This document shows, piece by piece, positions 38,938 to 50,204 of a stretch of 64,000 nucleotides of DNA (the stretch's first letter is position 1; every line of letters starts with the position of its first letter). The stretch comes from a candidate division KSB3 bacterium (GTDB taxonomy: Bacteria; Moduliflexota; Moduliflexia; Moduliflexales; Moduliflexaceae). The notes beneath the pieces are model-generated. The model made no database searches and was not told where the DNA came from. It saw only the letters and a list, made by a program, of their open reading frames with translations. The position numbers were made by a program, and so were the translations under genes. The DNA lies in the NCBI GenBank assembly GCA_002748425.1, contig PDSJ01000029.1:9066-73065 (forward strand). Reading direction: 5' to 3'.

Positions 38938-41025
38938 TTATTCTTCTTCCTCAGCAGCTTTTTTGGCGTCTTCGATAATTTTCTCCTGAAATTGTCCAGG
39001 GACTTCTTCGTAAGAATCAAATTCCATCGTATAGCTTCCACGTCCGCCGGTCATCGATTTTAACGCCGGAGCGTATTTCAGGATTTCAGCCATCGGCACC
39101 AGGGCGCGGATGATCTGGAGATTTCCCTGACCGTCCATTCCCAGGACACGACCACGGCGTCCGTTAATGTCTCCCATAATGTCGCCCATGCACTCTTCAG
39201 GCACAACGACTTCCATTTTCATCACTGGTTCGAGCAGAGTCGGCTTACACTTCGGCACAGCTTCTTTAAAGGCCAGGGATCCGGCAATTTGAAAGGCCAT
39301 TTCCGACGAATCCACCGGATGGTATGAGCCATCGTACACGGTAATTTTGACATCGACCGTCGGGTAGCCGGCCAGAACCCCATTTTCCATGGCTTTCACA
39401 ATACCTTTTTCCACTGCAGGGATATATTGTTTTGGGATCGCTCCGCCGACAATAGCGTTCACGAATTCAAACTGCCCGCCACGCGGCAAAGGCTCCATTT
39501 TAATCCAGCAGTCACCGAACTGACCACGCCCGCCAGATTGTTTTTTATGGCGTCCACGCACTTCGGCTGTGCCTTTGATGGTCTCAAGGTACGGCACTTT
39601 GGGGGGAGCCAGCACAACATCGACCCCAAACTGGCTTTTCAGCTTATCAACGATAATCTCCACATGCAGCTGCCCCATACCGGAAATCACAAACTCTTTG
39701 GTGCGCTCGTCGCGTTTATACACCAATGTCACATCTTCTTCCATCAAACGGCTCAGTCCGAGACCGATCTTATCTTCATCACCACGAGATTTCGGCTTGA
39801 TGGAAAAGGAAATAATCGGTTGAGGAATGGGAACAGCAGGCAGGATGATACCTTGCTTTTCTTCAGACAGCGTATCGTTGGTTCCGGTTTCGGTCAGTTT
39901 CAAGACAGCGCCGATGTCGCCAAGGTTCAATGCATTGACTTCCGAATGCTTTTTCCCCATGACGCAGACAATATGGGCAACCCGTTCCTTGATCTCTTTA
40001 TTCAGGTTATAGAGTTGACTGTCTGCTGTGAGTGTTCCGGAGTATACGCGAAACAAATTCACCCGACCAGCAAAAGGATCGATAAAGGTTTTAAACACAC
40101 GCGCAAGAACCGGAGCATCCGAATCGTGAGAGCAGATCACCTCTTCATCAGAATCAACGCGTTTGCCTGCGACAGCTTCATGCTCAAGCGGACTCGGAGC
40201 CCAGCTGACAATCGCATCCAGGACCTGTTTCGCGGCAATATTTTTCAAGGCTGATCCACAGAAAACCGGGCACACAGTTCCTGAAAGCAGCCCGGCTTTC
40301 AAGCCCTCGACAATTTCTTCATCACTGAGTTCGCCTTCTTCAAGATATTTTTCAATCAGCTCATCTTTTCCTTCAGCCGCTTTTTCAATCAGACTGTCTC
40401 GCGCTTCGGCTGCGGCATCTGCCATATCGTCCGGAATAGCACTTTCGCGTACGCTTCCGGAAGCATTGTCATAAAGGTATGCTTTTTGAGAGACTAAATC
40501 GACCACACCTCGGAATGATGATTCTTGCCCGACAGGAAGCTGTACAGGAATAACACTGTCGCCAAAAGTTTCTCGGAGAGAGTCCATCGTGCGTTCGAAA
40601 CTGGCGCGTTCTCGATCGAGCTTATTAATAAAAAGAAATTTTGGAAGCTTGAACTCGTCGGCAAAATTCCAGGTTCTGGAAGTCAGGACCTCAACACCGG
40701 AAACACCACAGACCATGAGCAGCGCAATATCCACCACCGACAAAGACACCTTCGTGTCCGTCATAAAATCAGCGAAACCAGGAGTATCAATCAGATTAAT
40801 TTTATGCTTATTCCACTCACAGTAGGCGACAGTACTATTAATCGTGATTTGGCGTTTTTTTTCGTCTTCGTCATAATCTGTCGTAGTATTTCCGTCGTCG
40901 ACTTTCCCAAGGCGCTCGATCATCTTGGCATTGAACAGGAAGGCTTCCGCTAAAGAGGTTTTCCCAACATTTCCATGACCGACTATTCCGACATTTCGTA
41001 TCTGGGCAGAATCATATTTCTTCAT
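38938..41025 (-). CDS. fusA: Elongation factor G family GTPase (EF-G paralog, not in the str operon context)
   Basis: G1 GHGNVGKT, G3 DTPGFADF, G4 NKLD, followed by domains II-V (e.g. GGRGQFGDCWIKMEP, GAIPKQYIPAVEKG). Confidence 0.88.
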   Translation of the reverse strand: MKKYDSAQIRNVGIVGHGNVGKTSLAEAFLFNAKMIERLGKVDDGNTTTDYDEDEKKRQITINSTVAYCEWNKHKINLIDTPGFADFMTDTKVSLSVVDIALLMVCGVSGVEVLTSRTWNFADEFKLPKFLFINKLDRERASFERTMDSLRETFGDSVIPVQLPVGQESSFRGVVDLVSQKAYLYDNASGSVRESAIPDDMADAAAEARDSLIEKAAEGKDELIEKYLEEGELSDEEIVEGLKAGLLSGTVCPVFCGSALKNIAAKQVLDAIVSWAPSPLEHEAVAGKRVDSDEEVICSHDSDAPVLARVFKTFIDPFAGRVNLFRVYSGTLTADSQLYNLNKEIKERVAHIVCVMGKKHSEVNALNLGDIGAVLKLTETGTNDTLSEEKQGIILPAVPIPQPIISFSIKPKSRGDEDKIGLGLSRLMEEDVTLVYKRDERTKEFVISGMGQLHVEIIVDKLKSQFGVDVVLAPPKVPYLETIKGTAEVRGRHKKQSGGRGQFGDCWIKMEPLPRGGQFEFVNAIVGGAIPKQYIPAVEKGIVKAMENGVLAGYPTVDVKITVYDGSYHPVDSSEMAFQIAGSLAFKEAVPKCKPTLLEPVMKMEVVVPEECMGDIMGDINGRRGRVLGMDGQGNLQIIRALVPMAEILKYAPALKSMTGGRGSYTMEFDSYEEVPGQFQEKIIEDAKKAAEEEE

Positions 41026-41443
41026 AGATGGCTCCTTTTACATCAAAAATAGTAATTCACTGCAAAGTAGAGAGCTTATAGCCAATGGAGCAGACATATC
41101 GTCAAGAAAATTTTCTTTGCCCCGGCTTCCAGTCAAAAGCTTCAGACAGGTCTGTTCGCATCCTCCCTGTATGACAGTGGCGTTTCCAAATCGAGAAAAC
41201 TTTTTGCCAGGTTTTCTCAGAAATGAAATTTTTGTAAAGAATTTATTATATTTTTATATTTTTTGCCGATAGATTTGCAGAGACGGTGTTTCCTGCGGCG
41301 TTTTCCTCTCCTGGATCAGCAAGTCGGCGAAAAGGACAAGATTTTATTGACAGAATTCAGTCTTTCAACTAGAGAGCTTTCTTGATTTATCGTGCGGAAA
41401 TTCCAGGAGAAGCTTACAGCCAACGTAAAGGAGAAAAAATGTT

Positions 41444-42739
41444 ATGGCAGGCCCGGAAAAAATGGAAAAGATCGTTTCCTTATGTAAACGACGTGGATTT
41501 ATCTTTCAAAGCAGTGAAATTTATGGAGGGTTGAATAGTTGTTGGGATTATGGCCCGCTGGGAGTCGAATTAAAGCGCAACGTCAAAGACGCCTGGTGGC
41601 GTTCTGTGGTCTATGAACGCAGCGACATCTATGGTCTGGATGCCAGCATTCTGATGCACCCTGAGGTCTGGCGCGCTTCGGGACACATCGAGGGCTTTTC
41701 AGATCCTCTGGTGGATTGTAAAAAATGCAAGCATCGTTTCCGTCAGGATCACCTGGAGGACAGGTCCATCTGTCCCGACTGCGGCGGAGAGCTGACTGAA
41801 GCCAGACAGTTTAACCTCATGTTCAAAACGTTCATGGGGCCAGTAGAAAACTCTGCCTCCACCGTGTATATGCGCCCGGAAACCGCACAGGGAATTTTCG
41901 TCAATTTTCAGAACGTCATTAAATCCTCACGCGCCAAAGTGCCTTTCGGCATCGCCCAGATCGGGAAAGCCTTCCGCAATGAGATCACTCCGGGGAATTT
42001 TACGTTCCGCACCCGCGAATTCGAGCAGATGGAAATCGAATTCTTTGTCAAACCTGGCGAAGACGAGACATGGCTCCATTATTGGAAAGACCAGCGCTTT
42101 AACTGGTATATCAGCTATGGCATTAAAAAAGAGAATTTGATGCTACGTCAACATGAAGCCGACGAATTAGCCCATTACGCCAAAGAATGCTATGATGTCG
42201 AGTATCAGTTTCCTTTCGGCTGGTCTGAGTTAGAAGGGATTGCAAGCAGAACGGATTTCGATCTGACCCAACATCAGACCTTCAGCACAAAGAATATGAG
42301 CTACTTTGACGAAGCAAGGCAGGAACGCTATATCCCTTACGTGATCGAGCCCTCTGCCGGTGCAGATCGATCGACACTGGCCTTCCTCGTCGATGCATAC
42401 GATGAAGAAGAGGAACGGGTCGTGCTGCGTTTTCATCCAAAACTGGCTCCGGTTAAAGCCGCCGTATTTCCCCTGATGCGCAAGGAAGGGCATCCCGAAA
42501 AAGCCCGGGAAATCGAAAAAATCTTACGCCCGCATTTCAAAGTGCAGTACGACGAATCCGGAAATATCGGACGACGCTACAGACGTCAGGATGAAATCGG
42601 GACCCCTTACTGCGTGACGGTCGATCATGATACATTTCAGGACGACAGTGTGACCCTGAGGGATCGCGACTCGATGGAGCAGGTGCGCGTCCCGATTGCC
42701 GGACTTATCGACATTCTTCAAGAAAAAATCAATGCCTGA
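41444..42739 (+). CDS. glyQS: Glycine--tRNA ligase, homodimeric alpha2 (GlyQS) type
   Basis: [24 protein letters not shown] ... WDYGPLG ... [11 protein letters not shown] ... [10 protein letters not shown] ... [14 protein letters not shown] ... EPSAGADR. Confidence 0.92.
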   Translation: MAGPEKMEKIVSLCKRRGFIFQSSEIYGGLNSCWDYGPLGVELKRNVKDAWWRSVVYERSDIYGLDASILMHPEVWRASGHIEGFSDPLVDCKKCKHRFRQDHLEDRSICPDCGGELTEARQFNLMFKTFMGPVENSASTVYMRPETAQGIFVNFQNVIKSSRAKVPFGIAQIGKAFRNEITPGNFTFRTREFEQMEIEFFVKPGEDETWLHYWKDQRFNWYISYGIKKENLMLRQHEADELAHYAKECYDVEYQFPFGWSELEGIASRTDFDLTQHQTFSTKNMSYFDEARQERYIPYVIEPSAGADRSTLAFLVDAYDEEEERVVLRFHPKLAPVKAAVFPLMRKEGHPEKAREIEKILRPHFKVQYDESGNIGRRYRRQDEIGTPYCVTVDHDTFQDDSVTLRDRDSMEQVRVPIAGLIDILQEKINA

Positions 42740-42865
42740 GCCGGACAAACAGCATACTGTGCATCCAAAATCGGTCTGACAGATGTGGGGATATTACGGC
42801 CGGCTGTTGCTGGCATCATGAAGGATTCTTTTGGACGAAAAATCCGCTGCAGCGACGTTTTATCA

Positions 42866-42894
42866 TTGACAAAGGGGATGTTATCTTATATAGT
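42866..42894 (+). promoter_or_regulatory. Candidate sigma70-type promoter upstream of mreB
   Basis: TTGACA (42866-42871), 17-nt spacer, TATAGT (42889-42894). Confidence 0.4.
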
Positions 42895-43026
42895 AATTAC
42901 GGTAGATAATTGACCACGGTGTCATCATGAATAATCCGGCTCCGCCGGCACTGTACTTTCCCTTCTGTTCATTAAGTGTTGAAGGTGATGTGAGTCATTC
43001 CCTTCAATAGATACTATATACAGCGC

Positions 43027-44043
43027 ATGTTGAATGTATTTAAATGGTTTTCAACGGATTTAGCGATCGATCTTGGTACGGCAAATACATTGGTCTATCT
43101 GCGGGGTAAAGGGATCGTAATGAACGAGCCCTCTGTGGTCGCGACCGACACGCGTAGCGGGAAGATTGTCGCCATTGGGCATGAAGCCAAAGCGATGCTC
43201 GGAATGACCCCCGATCAAATTGTAGCCGTTCGCCCTCTGAAAGATGGGGTCATCGCGGATTTTCGCATGACAGAGGCTCTCTTACGGCATTTTATTAAAA
43301 AAGTCTGTAACAACTTTCTCGTGCGTCCTCAAGTTGTTGTGGCTGTGCCCTTCGGGATTACCGAAGTCGAAAAAAAAGCGGTGAAAGATTCCGTGATCCA
43401 ATCCGGTGCAAGCGAGGTTACCCTTATTCTGGAACCAATGGCAGCAGCTATCGGAGCAGGGCTGCCCATCCAGGAACCGTCCGGGAATATGGTTGTCGAC
43501 ATCGGCGGGGGGACAACCGAAGTGGCTGTCATTTCGCTGGCGGGAATCGTCTACAGCCGCTCAGTTCGCATTGCCGGAGATGAAATGGATGAGGCAATCA
43601 TCCAATATGTCAAGCGTAAATACAACCTGTTAATCGGAGTAAAAACAGCAGAAATCATAAAAAAAACGCTGGGATCCGCCTATCCCCTGGATTCTGAAAA
43701 AGTCGTGGAAGTCCGCGGCCGTGATTTGGCGGGCGGCGTACCGAATATCATGAAGATTTCGAGTGAGGAAGTCCGTGATGCATTAGCGGAAACAACGTTT
43801 TCGATTATTGATTCGATTCGGGTAACGCTTGAAAAGACTCCGCCGGAACTCTCTGCAGATATTATCGATCGGGGAATTATTCTGACTGGCGGAGGCTCTC
43901 TGCTGAAAAATCTTGATTATAAGATTAAGGAAGAAACTGGGCTTCCGGTTGCACTGGCAGATGACCCCTTGACAACTGTGGCCCTGGGGACCGGAAAAGT
44001 CCTGACAGACAAGGACCTGTTGAAAAAAATTGCGATCAGTTGA
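43027..44043 (+). CDS. mreB: Rod shape-determining protein MreB
   Basis: DLAIDLGTANTLVY ... NEPSVVA ... VVAVPFGITEVEKKAV ... VDIGGGTTEVAVISL ... GIILTGGGSLL. Confidence 0.95.
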   Translation: MLNVFKWFSTDLAIDLGTANTLVYLRGKGIVMNEPSVVATDTRSGKIVAIGHEAKAMLGMTPDQIVAVRPLKDGVIADFRMTEALLRHFIKKVCNNFLVRPQVVVAVPFGITEVEKKAVKDSVIQSGASEVTLILEPMAAAIGAGLPIQEPSGNMVVDIGGGTTEVAVISLAGIVYSRSVRIAGDEMDEAIIQYVKRKYNLLIGVKTAEIIKKTLGSAYPLDSEKVVEVRGRDLAGGVPNIMKISSEEVRDALAETTFSIIDSIRVTLEKTPPELSADIIDRGIILTGGGSLLKNLDYKIKEETGLPVALADDPLTTVALGTGKVLTDKDLLKKIAIS

Positions 44044-44046
44044 GAC

Positions 44047-44071
44047 GCATGACGGAGTCATTCCGTCATGC
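44047..44071. terminator. Perfect 10-bp-stem hairpin between convergent mreB and the DHH gene (candidate bidirectional terminator)
   Basis: GCATGACGGA-GTCAT-TCCGTCATGC. It overlaps the DHH-gene stop codon (44066-44068) and is followed by a weak T-rich run, TGTTTCC. Confidence 0.45.
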
Positions 44072-45277
44072 TGTTTCCTTCCACTCTGAAGACGTCTTTG
44101 TCGTTGCCACACCAATTTTATTGAAGATTTTCTGTTTCACCTGGAGATCGAACATCTTCCACTTCAAATCTTCATACTCATTCCCGTAACTGCCTGCCAG
44201 AAAACCGACTGGAACAGCAAATCCTCCGGCTTCCTGTTTACCGCCACCGAAATAATTGCCACTCTCTCCTTTCCCGAACGCTTCTTTTACAAAGGTGTCA
44301 GCGTCCAGGGTCAGTTTTGACGTCCTGATGGAACCGCTGAGCAGTTCTTCCTGATTATCGTTGACGACAATGCCATAGACGATCACGGTATGCACATTCT
44401 CTTCTGTGAGGAGAAAGTCAGCAGCCTGGGCGATCGCATCGCGATCTTCCTGGCGCAGATACCCGATACCGGAAATGCTGTAATTATCTTTAATCACACG
44501 ATTCGCTAACGCCTTCTCAATAATATCCATCACCTTTTTCGAACGAGCCTGCATCACAATTTCACTCAAAAGGTTCGGATTGTAATAATTACTGAGAAAC
44601 GAGGCCGCAATCAGGTCATGCTCGCTGGCCCGGATCAGCTCGTTCGTGTCACTGCGAATGCCATGCATCAGCGCTGTCGCACAACGCACATGAAACGCAT
44701 CGGACTTATCCAATTCCACCAGGCCATGCTGCAAATAATTCGCATAGATGGTCGAGGTCGCCCCAATTTTACGAATGTCATAAAATTCAGCCGACAGACC
44801 TGTAGAGCGTTCATGATGATCGACAATAATTATAGGTGGAATCCCGTGAGCTTCAAGCTTTTTGGTTAAAATCGTCGTTTTCCCCTGATTGTCAAGAAAG
44901 ACGCTGCCCTGGTAGGGGGAAAAATCAAAATTATCATCAGTACAGCGGGTCATTTCGATATTTAATAATTTTACAAGTGCGATATTTTGTTGATGGCTGA
45001 TCCGTCCGCCGTAGACAATATCCACTTCAATATTATAATTCAGGCAAATTAATCGATGCGCCACTGCAGACGCAATTGCATCCGGATCGGGGAAATCCTG
45101 AATCGCGACAATATGCGTTTCCCCTCTATGGGCTTCAAGTACTTCCCGTAATTTTTCGAACTTCTGGCTTCCCCGTAATGCCACAGTGTCGAGTTTTACA
45201 TTCTCCACGAGCTCCTCCGGCTCTGTTTTGCCTGCTTTCTTATCAACCTCGCTTAACAAAATACTCATGTTCTCCAC
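44066..45277 (-). CDS. DHH/DHHA1-family phosphoesterase
   Basis: DFPDPDAIASA (DHH motifs I/II), IIVDHHE (motif III) and the DHHA1-like GGGKQEAGGF near the C-terminus. Confidence 0.75.
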   Translation of the reverse strand: MENMSILLSEVDKKAGKTEPEELVENVKLDTVALRGSQKFEKLREVLEAHRGETHIVAIQDFPDPDAIASAVAHRLICLNYNIEVDIVYGGRISHQQNIALVKLLNIEMTRCTDDNFDFSPYQGSVFLDNQGKTTILTKKLEAHGIPPIIIVDHHERSTGLSAEFYDIRKIGATSTIYANYLQHGLVELDKSDAFHVRCATALMHGIRSDTNELIRASEHDLIAASFLSNYYNPNLLSEIVMQARSKKVMDIIEKALANRVIKDNYSISGIGYLRQEDRDAIAQAADFLLTEENVHTVIVYGIVVNDNQEELLSGSIRTSKLTLDADTFVKEAFGKGESGNYFGGGKQEAGGFAVPVGFLAGSYGNEYEDLKWKMFDLQVKQKIFNKIGVATTKTSSEWKETA

Positions 45278-45359
45278 ATGACAACATCTGGTTCTCTCTG
45301 TTGAAAAACTTCACCGAAGGGAACCAGAGCTCACCTACATTCCCCACCATGCGTGTGTA

Positions 45360-48017
45360 TTAAGTCGAGCATGCCTCGACAATCTGAAACACGTGTTCAA
45401 GGGCTTCATTGAGTTTTTCAGGGTGCTTGCCTCCTGCCTGCGCCATATCAGGACGTCCGCCGCCGTTTCCTCCGACAACGGCAGCCACCTCTTTAATAAT
45501 CTTTCCGGCATGATAGGCAGGGTTCAAATCTTTCGTTACAGCAGATAGCAGGGAAACACGCCCAGTATCGCTTTCAAGTCCCAACACAATAATTCCCGTC
45601 CCAAGCTTTGCTTTAAGGACATCTGCAAAGTTCCGCAAGCCTTTCGCATCCAGATGTTCAATCCTGGCTGCGATGACGTTCACCCCGCATATTTCACGCG
45701 CCTGTTCCAGCAATGACGACACTTGTGCTGTCGCGAGTTTCATATTCAAACGCTCGATTTCGCGTTCGTAGTCGCGTGTATTCCCCAGCAACCGCTCAAT
45801 TTTCGGCACGACTTCCTCTGAAGACACTTTCAGGAGCGATGTTGCCTCACGCAAACGCGTTTCTTCCTGCTGAACATATTGCAGCGCCGCTTCTCCGGTA
45901 AGGGCCTCTATGCGGCGGACTCCTGCAGCAATACTGCTTTCGTTAACCAGCTTGCACAAGCCAAGTTCACCGGTTGCCGACGCATGTGTCCCACCACACA
46001 ATTCCATACTGATCCCGGGAATCTGAACCACGCGGACCCGATCACCGTACTTGTCTTCAAAAAATGCCAGTGCCCCCATATCAAGCGCCTCATCCATCGA
46101 GACTTCCGACGTCTCGACTGCGGTGTTGGTCAGAATTCCGCGGTTGACGAGTTCTTCGATACGACGCAATTCCTCGAACTCAACTCCTGAAAAGTGCGTA
46201 AAGTCAAAACGAAAGCGATCCGGCAGAACCATCGACCCGGCCTGTTTGACATGATCCCCGAGCACTTCACGCAAGGCGGCATGCAACAGATGCGTTGCCG
46301 TATGATTACGACGGGTCTTTTTGCGGAGTTCTTCATCGACCTGCACGATGAGCTGCTGTCCGACATGCAGACTGCCGCGCTCAAGAGTGGCATGATGCAC
46401 AAAAATTTGTGGAACCGGCTTGCTCGTTTTACTGATGCTCCCGGCAACAGTGCCGTCTTGCGTCTGAAAGACTCCCCGATCTCCGATCTGTCCGCCAGAT
46501 TCTCCATAACAAGGGGTGACGTCCAGGACAAGCTCAACCCGATCGCCCTCAAACGCGTCATCGACGAACGCGTGATCCTTGATAAGCGCCAAGACGATTG
46601 ATCCTGTTGATCGAAACTCAGAATAGCCGATAAAGCGGGTTGCAGGCTGCGTAGACGCCACATTTTTATAAATGTCGGCGACCGCCATTTCTCCTGAGCC
46701 TTTCCAGGCATTTCGCGCACGGGAACGCTGAGCGTTCATTTCCCGTTCAAAGGCCTCGAGGTCAACGCCTAATCCGGCCTCTCCCGCAATGTCTTGCGTC
46801 AAATCCAGAGGAAAGCCGAAGGTATCATACAGCCGGAAAACTTCCTTACCGTCGAGGGCTGCGATATTGTGTGCCTGTGCTTCAGCGACCAGGTTATGCA
46901 GAATCTCGATACCTTGATTGAGAGTGCGTCCAAAACGACGTTCTTCATTCAATGTCACCTGCGCAACGTGTTCGCCATTATCGGACAATTCCCGATAAAC
47001 GTCCTTCATGCAGTCGACGACAACCCGAGTGCCTTTATAGAGAAAGGGTTCCGACAAGCCGAGCATTTTTCCATGGCGCGCCGCCCGGCGCAGAATCCGG
47101 CGCAGAACATAGCCACGCCCCTCATTCGCAGGCAGAACACCGTCGCTGATCAGAAATGTGGTTGAGCGCAGATGATCAGCAATAACCCGCATCGAGATGT
47201 CATCTTTCTCGTGTTCTCCATACCGCTTTCCGCTGATCTCTTCACTAAAGTGGAGCAGCGGGGCAAAAAGATCACTGTCGTAATTGCTCTGCACTCCCTG
47301 CAAAACGGCCGCTACACGCTCCAGCCCCATGCCTGTATCGATACTGGGCTTCGGCAGGGGGGCAAGATTGCCGTCTTCATCACGTTCATACTGCATGAAC
47401 ACCAGGTTCCACAGTTCAAGATAACGATCGCAATCGCACAAACCAATGCCGCACTCCGGCCCGCATCGCATGCTTTCGCCCTGATCAATCAAAATCTCTG
47501 AGCAAGGGCCGCAGGGGCCGACATCCCCCATCGCCCAAAAATTATCTTTTTTCCCCATGCGGATGATACGTTCTTCGGGGACTTGTATGAAATCTTTCCA
47601 GAGGAGATAGGATTCATCATCTTCTTCATAGACTGTGACCCACAGTTTATCCGGCGGCAGCTCCAAAATTTCTGTCAGAAATTCCCATCCAAAGCGAACA
47701 GCATCATTTTTAAAATAATCTCCAAAGGAAAAATTCCCCATCATCTCAAAAAACGTATGATGGCGAGCTGTACGGCCAACATTTTCCAAATCATTGTGCT
47801 TTCCTCCAGCCCGCACACACTTCTGAGCGCTTGTCGCTCGAGAATATCCTCGCTGCTCGGCTCCGAGAAAAACATCTTTAAATTGGACCATGCCTGCATT
47901 CGTAAATAATAGGGTCGGATCGTTTTGAGGAACAAGCGAAGAACTTGGAACAATCGTATGACTGTTTCTTTCAAAGAACGCTAAAAATTTTCGGCGCAGT
48001 TCGTTTCCTGTCATCAT
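45360..48017 (-). CDS. alaS: Alanine--tRNA ligase
   Basis: LRRKFLAFFERNSHTIVPSSSLVP ... FTNAGMVQFK ... RAGGKHNDLENVG ... HHTFFEMMGNFSFGDYFK, the editing-domain HTATHLLH ... CGGTH motifs, and a C-terminal DHHA1 domain. Start at 48017 or 48014; the track ORF starts at 48059. Confidence 0.95.
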   Translation of the reverse strand: MMTGNELRRKFLAFFERNSHTIVPSSSLVPQNDPTLLFTNAGMVQFKDVFLGAEQRGYSRATSAQKCVRAGGKHNDLENVGRTARHHTFFEMMGNFSFGDYFKNDAVRFGWEFLTEILELPPDKLWVTVYEEDDESYLLWKDFIQVPEERIIRMGKKDNFWAMGDVGPCGPCSEILIDQGESMRCGPECGIGLCDCDRYLELWNLVFMQYERDEDGNLAPLPKPSIDTGMGLERVAAVLQGVQSNYDSDLFAPLLHFSEEISGKRYGEHEKDDISMRVIADHLRSTTFLISDGVLPANEGRGYVLRRILRRAARHGKMLGLSEPFLYKGTRVVVDCMKDVYRELSDNGEHVAQVTLNEERRFGRTLNQGIEILHNLVAEAQAHNIAALDGKEVFRLYDTFGFPLDLTQDIAGEAGLGVDLEAFEREMNAQRSRARNAWKGSGEMAVADIYKNVASTQPATRFIGYSEFRSTGSIVLALIKDHAFVDDAFEGDRVELVLDVTPCYGESGGQIGDRGVFQTQDGTVAGSISKTSKPVPQIFVHHATLERGSLHVGQQLIVQVDEELRKKTRRNHTATHLLHAALREVLGDHVKQAGSMVLPDRFRFDFTHFSGVEFEELRRIEELVNRGILTNTAVETSEVSMDEALDMGALAFFEDKYGDRVRVVQIPGISMELCGGTHASATGELGLCKLVNESSIAAGVRRIEALTGEAALQYVQQEETRLREATSLLKVSSEEVVPKIERLLGNTRDYEREIERLNMKLATAQVSSLLEQAREICGVNVIAARIEHLDAKGLRNFADVLKAKLGTGIIVLGLESDTGRVSLLSAVTKDLNPAYHAGKIIKEVAAVVGGNGGGRPDMAQAGGKHPEKLNEALEHVFQIVEACST

Positions 48018-48109
48018 GAAAAACCATCTATACGCACAAGGCATAACGCACATGCTCATTCAGAAACATTGCGAAAGCCCACTCGCACATTATGAGTTCA
48101 TCGGCATGA

Positions 48110-49315
48110 TTAATATTTGGTAAACATTGAATCCGAAGACTCCTCGCTGTCGGACACAGCCTTTTCGCCGGGACCCTTTGGGTCCTGGGGCGCTTCCTCC
48201 TGTGAGTCTTTGTCCGCTTTCATGCTGTCGATCGACTCTTCGGTTGACTGAATTCCCTTCACCTTCAGGGCGAAATCTGCAGGACGGGTACAATGCAAAA
48301 GAGCCTCTTCATAAACAATAAGGCCCCGTTGAAAAAGGTCAAACAGGGCTTGATCGAAGGACTGCATGCCGTACTGCGAACGCCCGGCTTCAATATATTC
48401 CGGGATCCTTAAGGTTTTCCCTGCCTCAAGGATGCATTGCCTGATGATATCGGTCACGACCAGCACTTCAACGGCCGGCACACGGCCTTTCCCATCTTTC
48501 CGACGCACCAGACGCATGGAAAGCGACGCTTTTAAGACTTCGGCCAGCTCCAGACGGATCTGTCCCTGCTGATACGCCGGAAACATTGAAATAATACGAT
48601 TGATCGTTCCCATTGCATCGGACGTATGGAGCGTACTCATCACCAGATGACCGGTTTCCGCCGCCGTGATTGCCGTTTCGATCGTTTCCTTATCACGCAT
48701 CTCTCCCACAAGAATAACATCCGGGTCCTGACGCAAAGCACTTCGCAGGGACGTGCTGAAGCCTTTTGCATCCGCCCCGATTTCACGCTGATTGATCAAC
48801 GCGCGCTGATCGTGATGTATGTATTCGATTGGGTCTTCTATGGTGATGATATGCACATCCCGATTCTGGTTAATGTGCTGAATCATTGCGGCCAATGTCG
48901 TTGATTTCCCACTCCCGGTAATTCCGGTCACCAGTATCAGGCCGCGCGGCTCAAGAGCGATTTTATTCAACACCAGGGGCAGACCTAATTCATCAACGCT
49001 TTTAATGACCATTGGGATCGAACGGAACACTATCCCGACGCTGCCACGTTGTAAAAATGCATTACAGCGGAAGCGTCCCAAACCTGAGACGCTGTACGCA
49101 AAATCGACTTCACATTCTTCATTAAAGATCGCCTTTTGCTTTTTATTCAGGATTTGAGAAGCGATTGTGACCGTCACCTCGCGACTCAGCTGAGAAAAGT
49201 CCTTTAAGATATGCAACGCACCGTTAATTCTCAGCACTGGAGGATTCCCCACCTTCAAGTGTAAATCGGAAGCTCCGCGTTCAACCATTAACTTCAGCAG
49301 CTCATGAATATTCAT
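48110..49315 (-). CDS. pilT: Type IV pilus retraction ATPase PilT with an acidic, Ser-rich C-terminal tail of about 50 aa
   Basis: GASDLHLKVGNPPVLRINGAL, Walker A GITGSGKST, ITIEDPIEY, VGEMRD and STLHTSDA. Confidence 0.9.
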   Translation of the reverse strand: MNIHELLKLMVERGASDLHLKVGNPPVLRINGALHILKDFSQLSREVTVTIASQILNKKQKAIFNEECEVDFAYSVSGLGRFRCNAFLQRGSVGIVFRSIPMVIKSVDELGLPLVLNKIALEPRGLILVTGITGSGKSTTLAAMIQHINQNRDVHIITIEDPIEYIHHDQRALINQREIGADAKGFSTSLRSALRQDPDVILVGEMRDKETIETAITAAETGHLVMSTLHTSDAMGTINRIISMFPAYQQGQIRLELAEVLKASLSMRLVRRKDGKGRVPAVEVLVVTDIIRQCILEAGKTLRIPEYIEAGRSQYGMQSFDQALFDLFQRGLIVYEEALLHCTRPADFALKVKGIQSTEESIDSMKADKDSQEEAPQDPKGPGEKAVSDSEESSDSMFTKY

Positions 49316-49380
49316 ACGTACAACGCCTCAAAAAATATTGATCAAGCGTATCAGTGCAATCGCAACACTCAAGTCCATTC

Positions 49381-49941
49381 CTAAAAAAACGGAGGCGGAC
49401 AGGACAAATCCCCCTGTTCAAGTATAAGCGGGGGAATGCCGGGAGCAAGCGTTACCACATCTTCCCAAAAAATTGTAGGGATACTTGGACTCGCATAGCG
49501 AATAATCGGACCATCATCATAAAGACCGACGGCTTCGCTTTCGATCGTTCCCCGACGCAGAAGAAATGACTCCAGAATCTCGTTCTCCTCCAAACCAATC
49601 GAGACATACGCAGGGGCATTTGCCCGAAAAGCAATCGCAAACGTGTGTGGCTGCGGCGTGCCAGGACTTGCAGGGCTTTGGGGTCGATCCTCTTCCCCAT
49701 TCAACGTAATATAGGTCAGTAGATAATCACCGGCTTCAGGAATATTCATGCAGAATTCATGTTGGCCCTGGCTCCATTCGAACGCAGCAGACGCTGGTGT
49801 CCCTGCCAAAAACTTCGGCATTCGCAATGTCTCTGCAACAGGAGTGACCAACGCCGGTCTATCAGTCTCAAAGCGGCTGCATCCACTTCCCAGGAAGAGA
49901 AGGCACAGCAAACAGCCTATGATTTTGCCTCGTCTATTCAT
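49381..49941 (-). CDS. Hypothetical lipoprotein
   Basis: Lipobox in MNRRGKIIGCLLCLLFLGSGC. I recognise no other family signature. Confidence 0.5.
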   Translation of the reverse strand: MNRRGKIIGCLLCLLFLGSGCSRFETDRPALVTPVAETLRMPKFLAGTPASAAFEWSQGQHEFCMNIPEAGDYLLTYITLNGEEDRPQSPASPGTPQPHTFAIAFRANAPAYVSIGLEENEILESFLLRRGTIESEAVGLYDDGPIIRYASPSIPTIFWEDVVTLAPGIPPLILEQGDLSCPPPFF

Positions 49942-50204
49942 ACTGAGTCAGTCATTCTGCTTCCCATGATGAGTTCCTGATTCACACTTATACAGTAAGA
50001 GATTCTGTATAATAAGAAGCTCATAGATTTCCCTTTCAGGAGTCAAGAAAAATTTGAGAAAAACTTACCACACGCATGAGAGTTGACTTTTCTCAGAGCA
50101 GGGGCTGTCGAAAAGTTGGCGTAATTTTTCGACGGCGGTGGCCCTGAAAAACTGGACCATGTGTTAAGCTCTAAGTCAGACTCAAAATACAGGAGAAGCT
50201 CATA

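Noticed and set aside
39427-40254. 275-aa plus-strand ORF
   Set aside because: It is antisense to the EF-G family gene, whose frame carries all the GTPase and domain II-V motifs. It is a shadow ORF.
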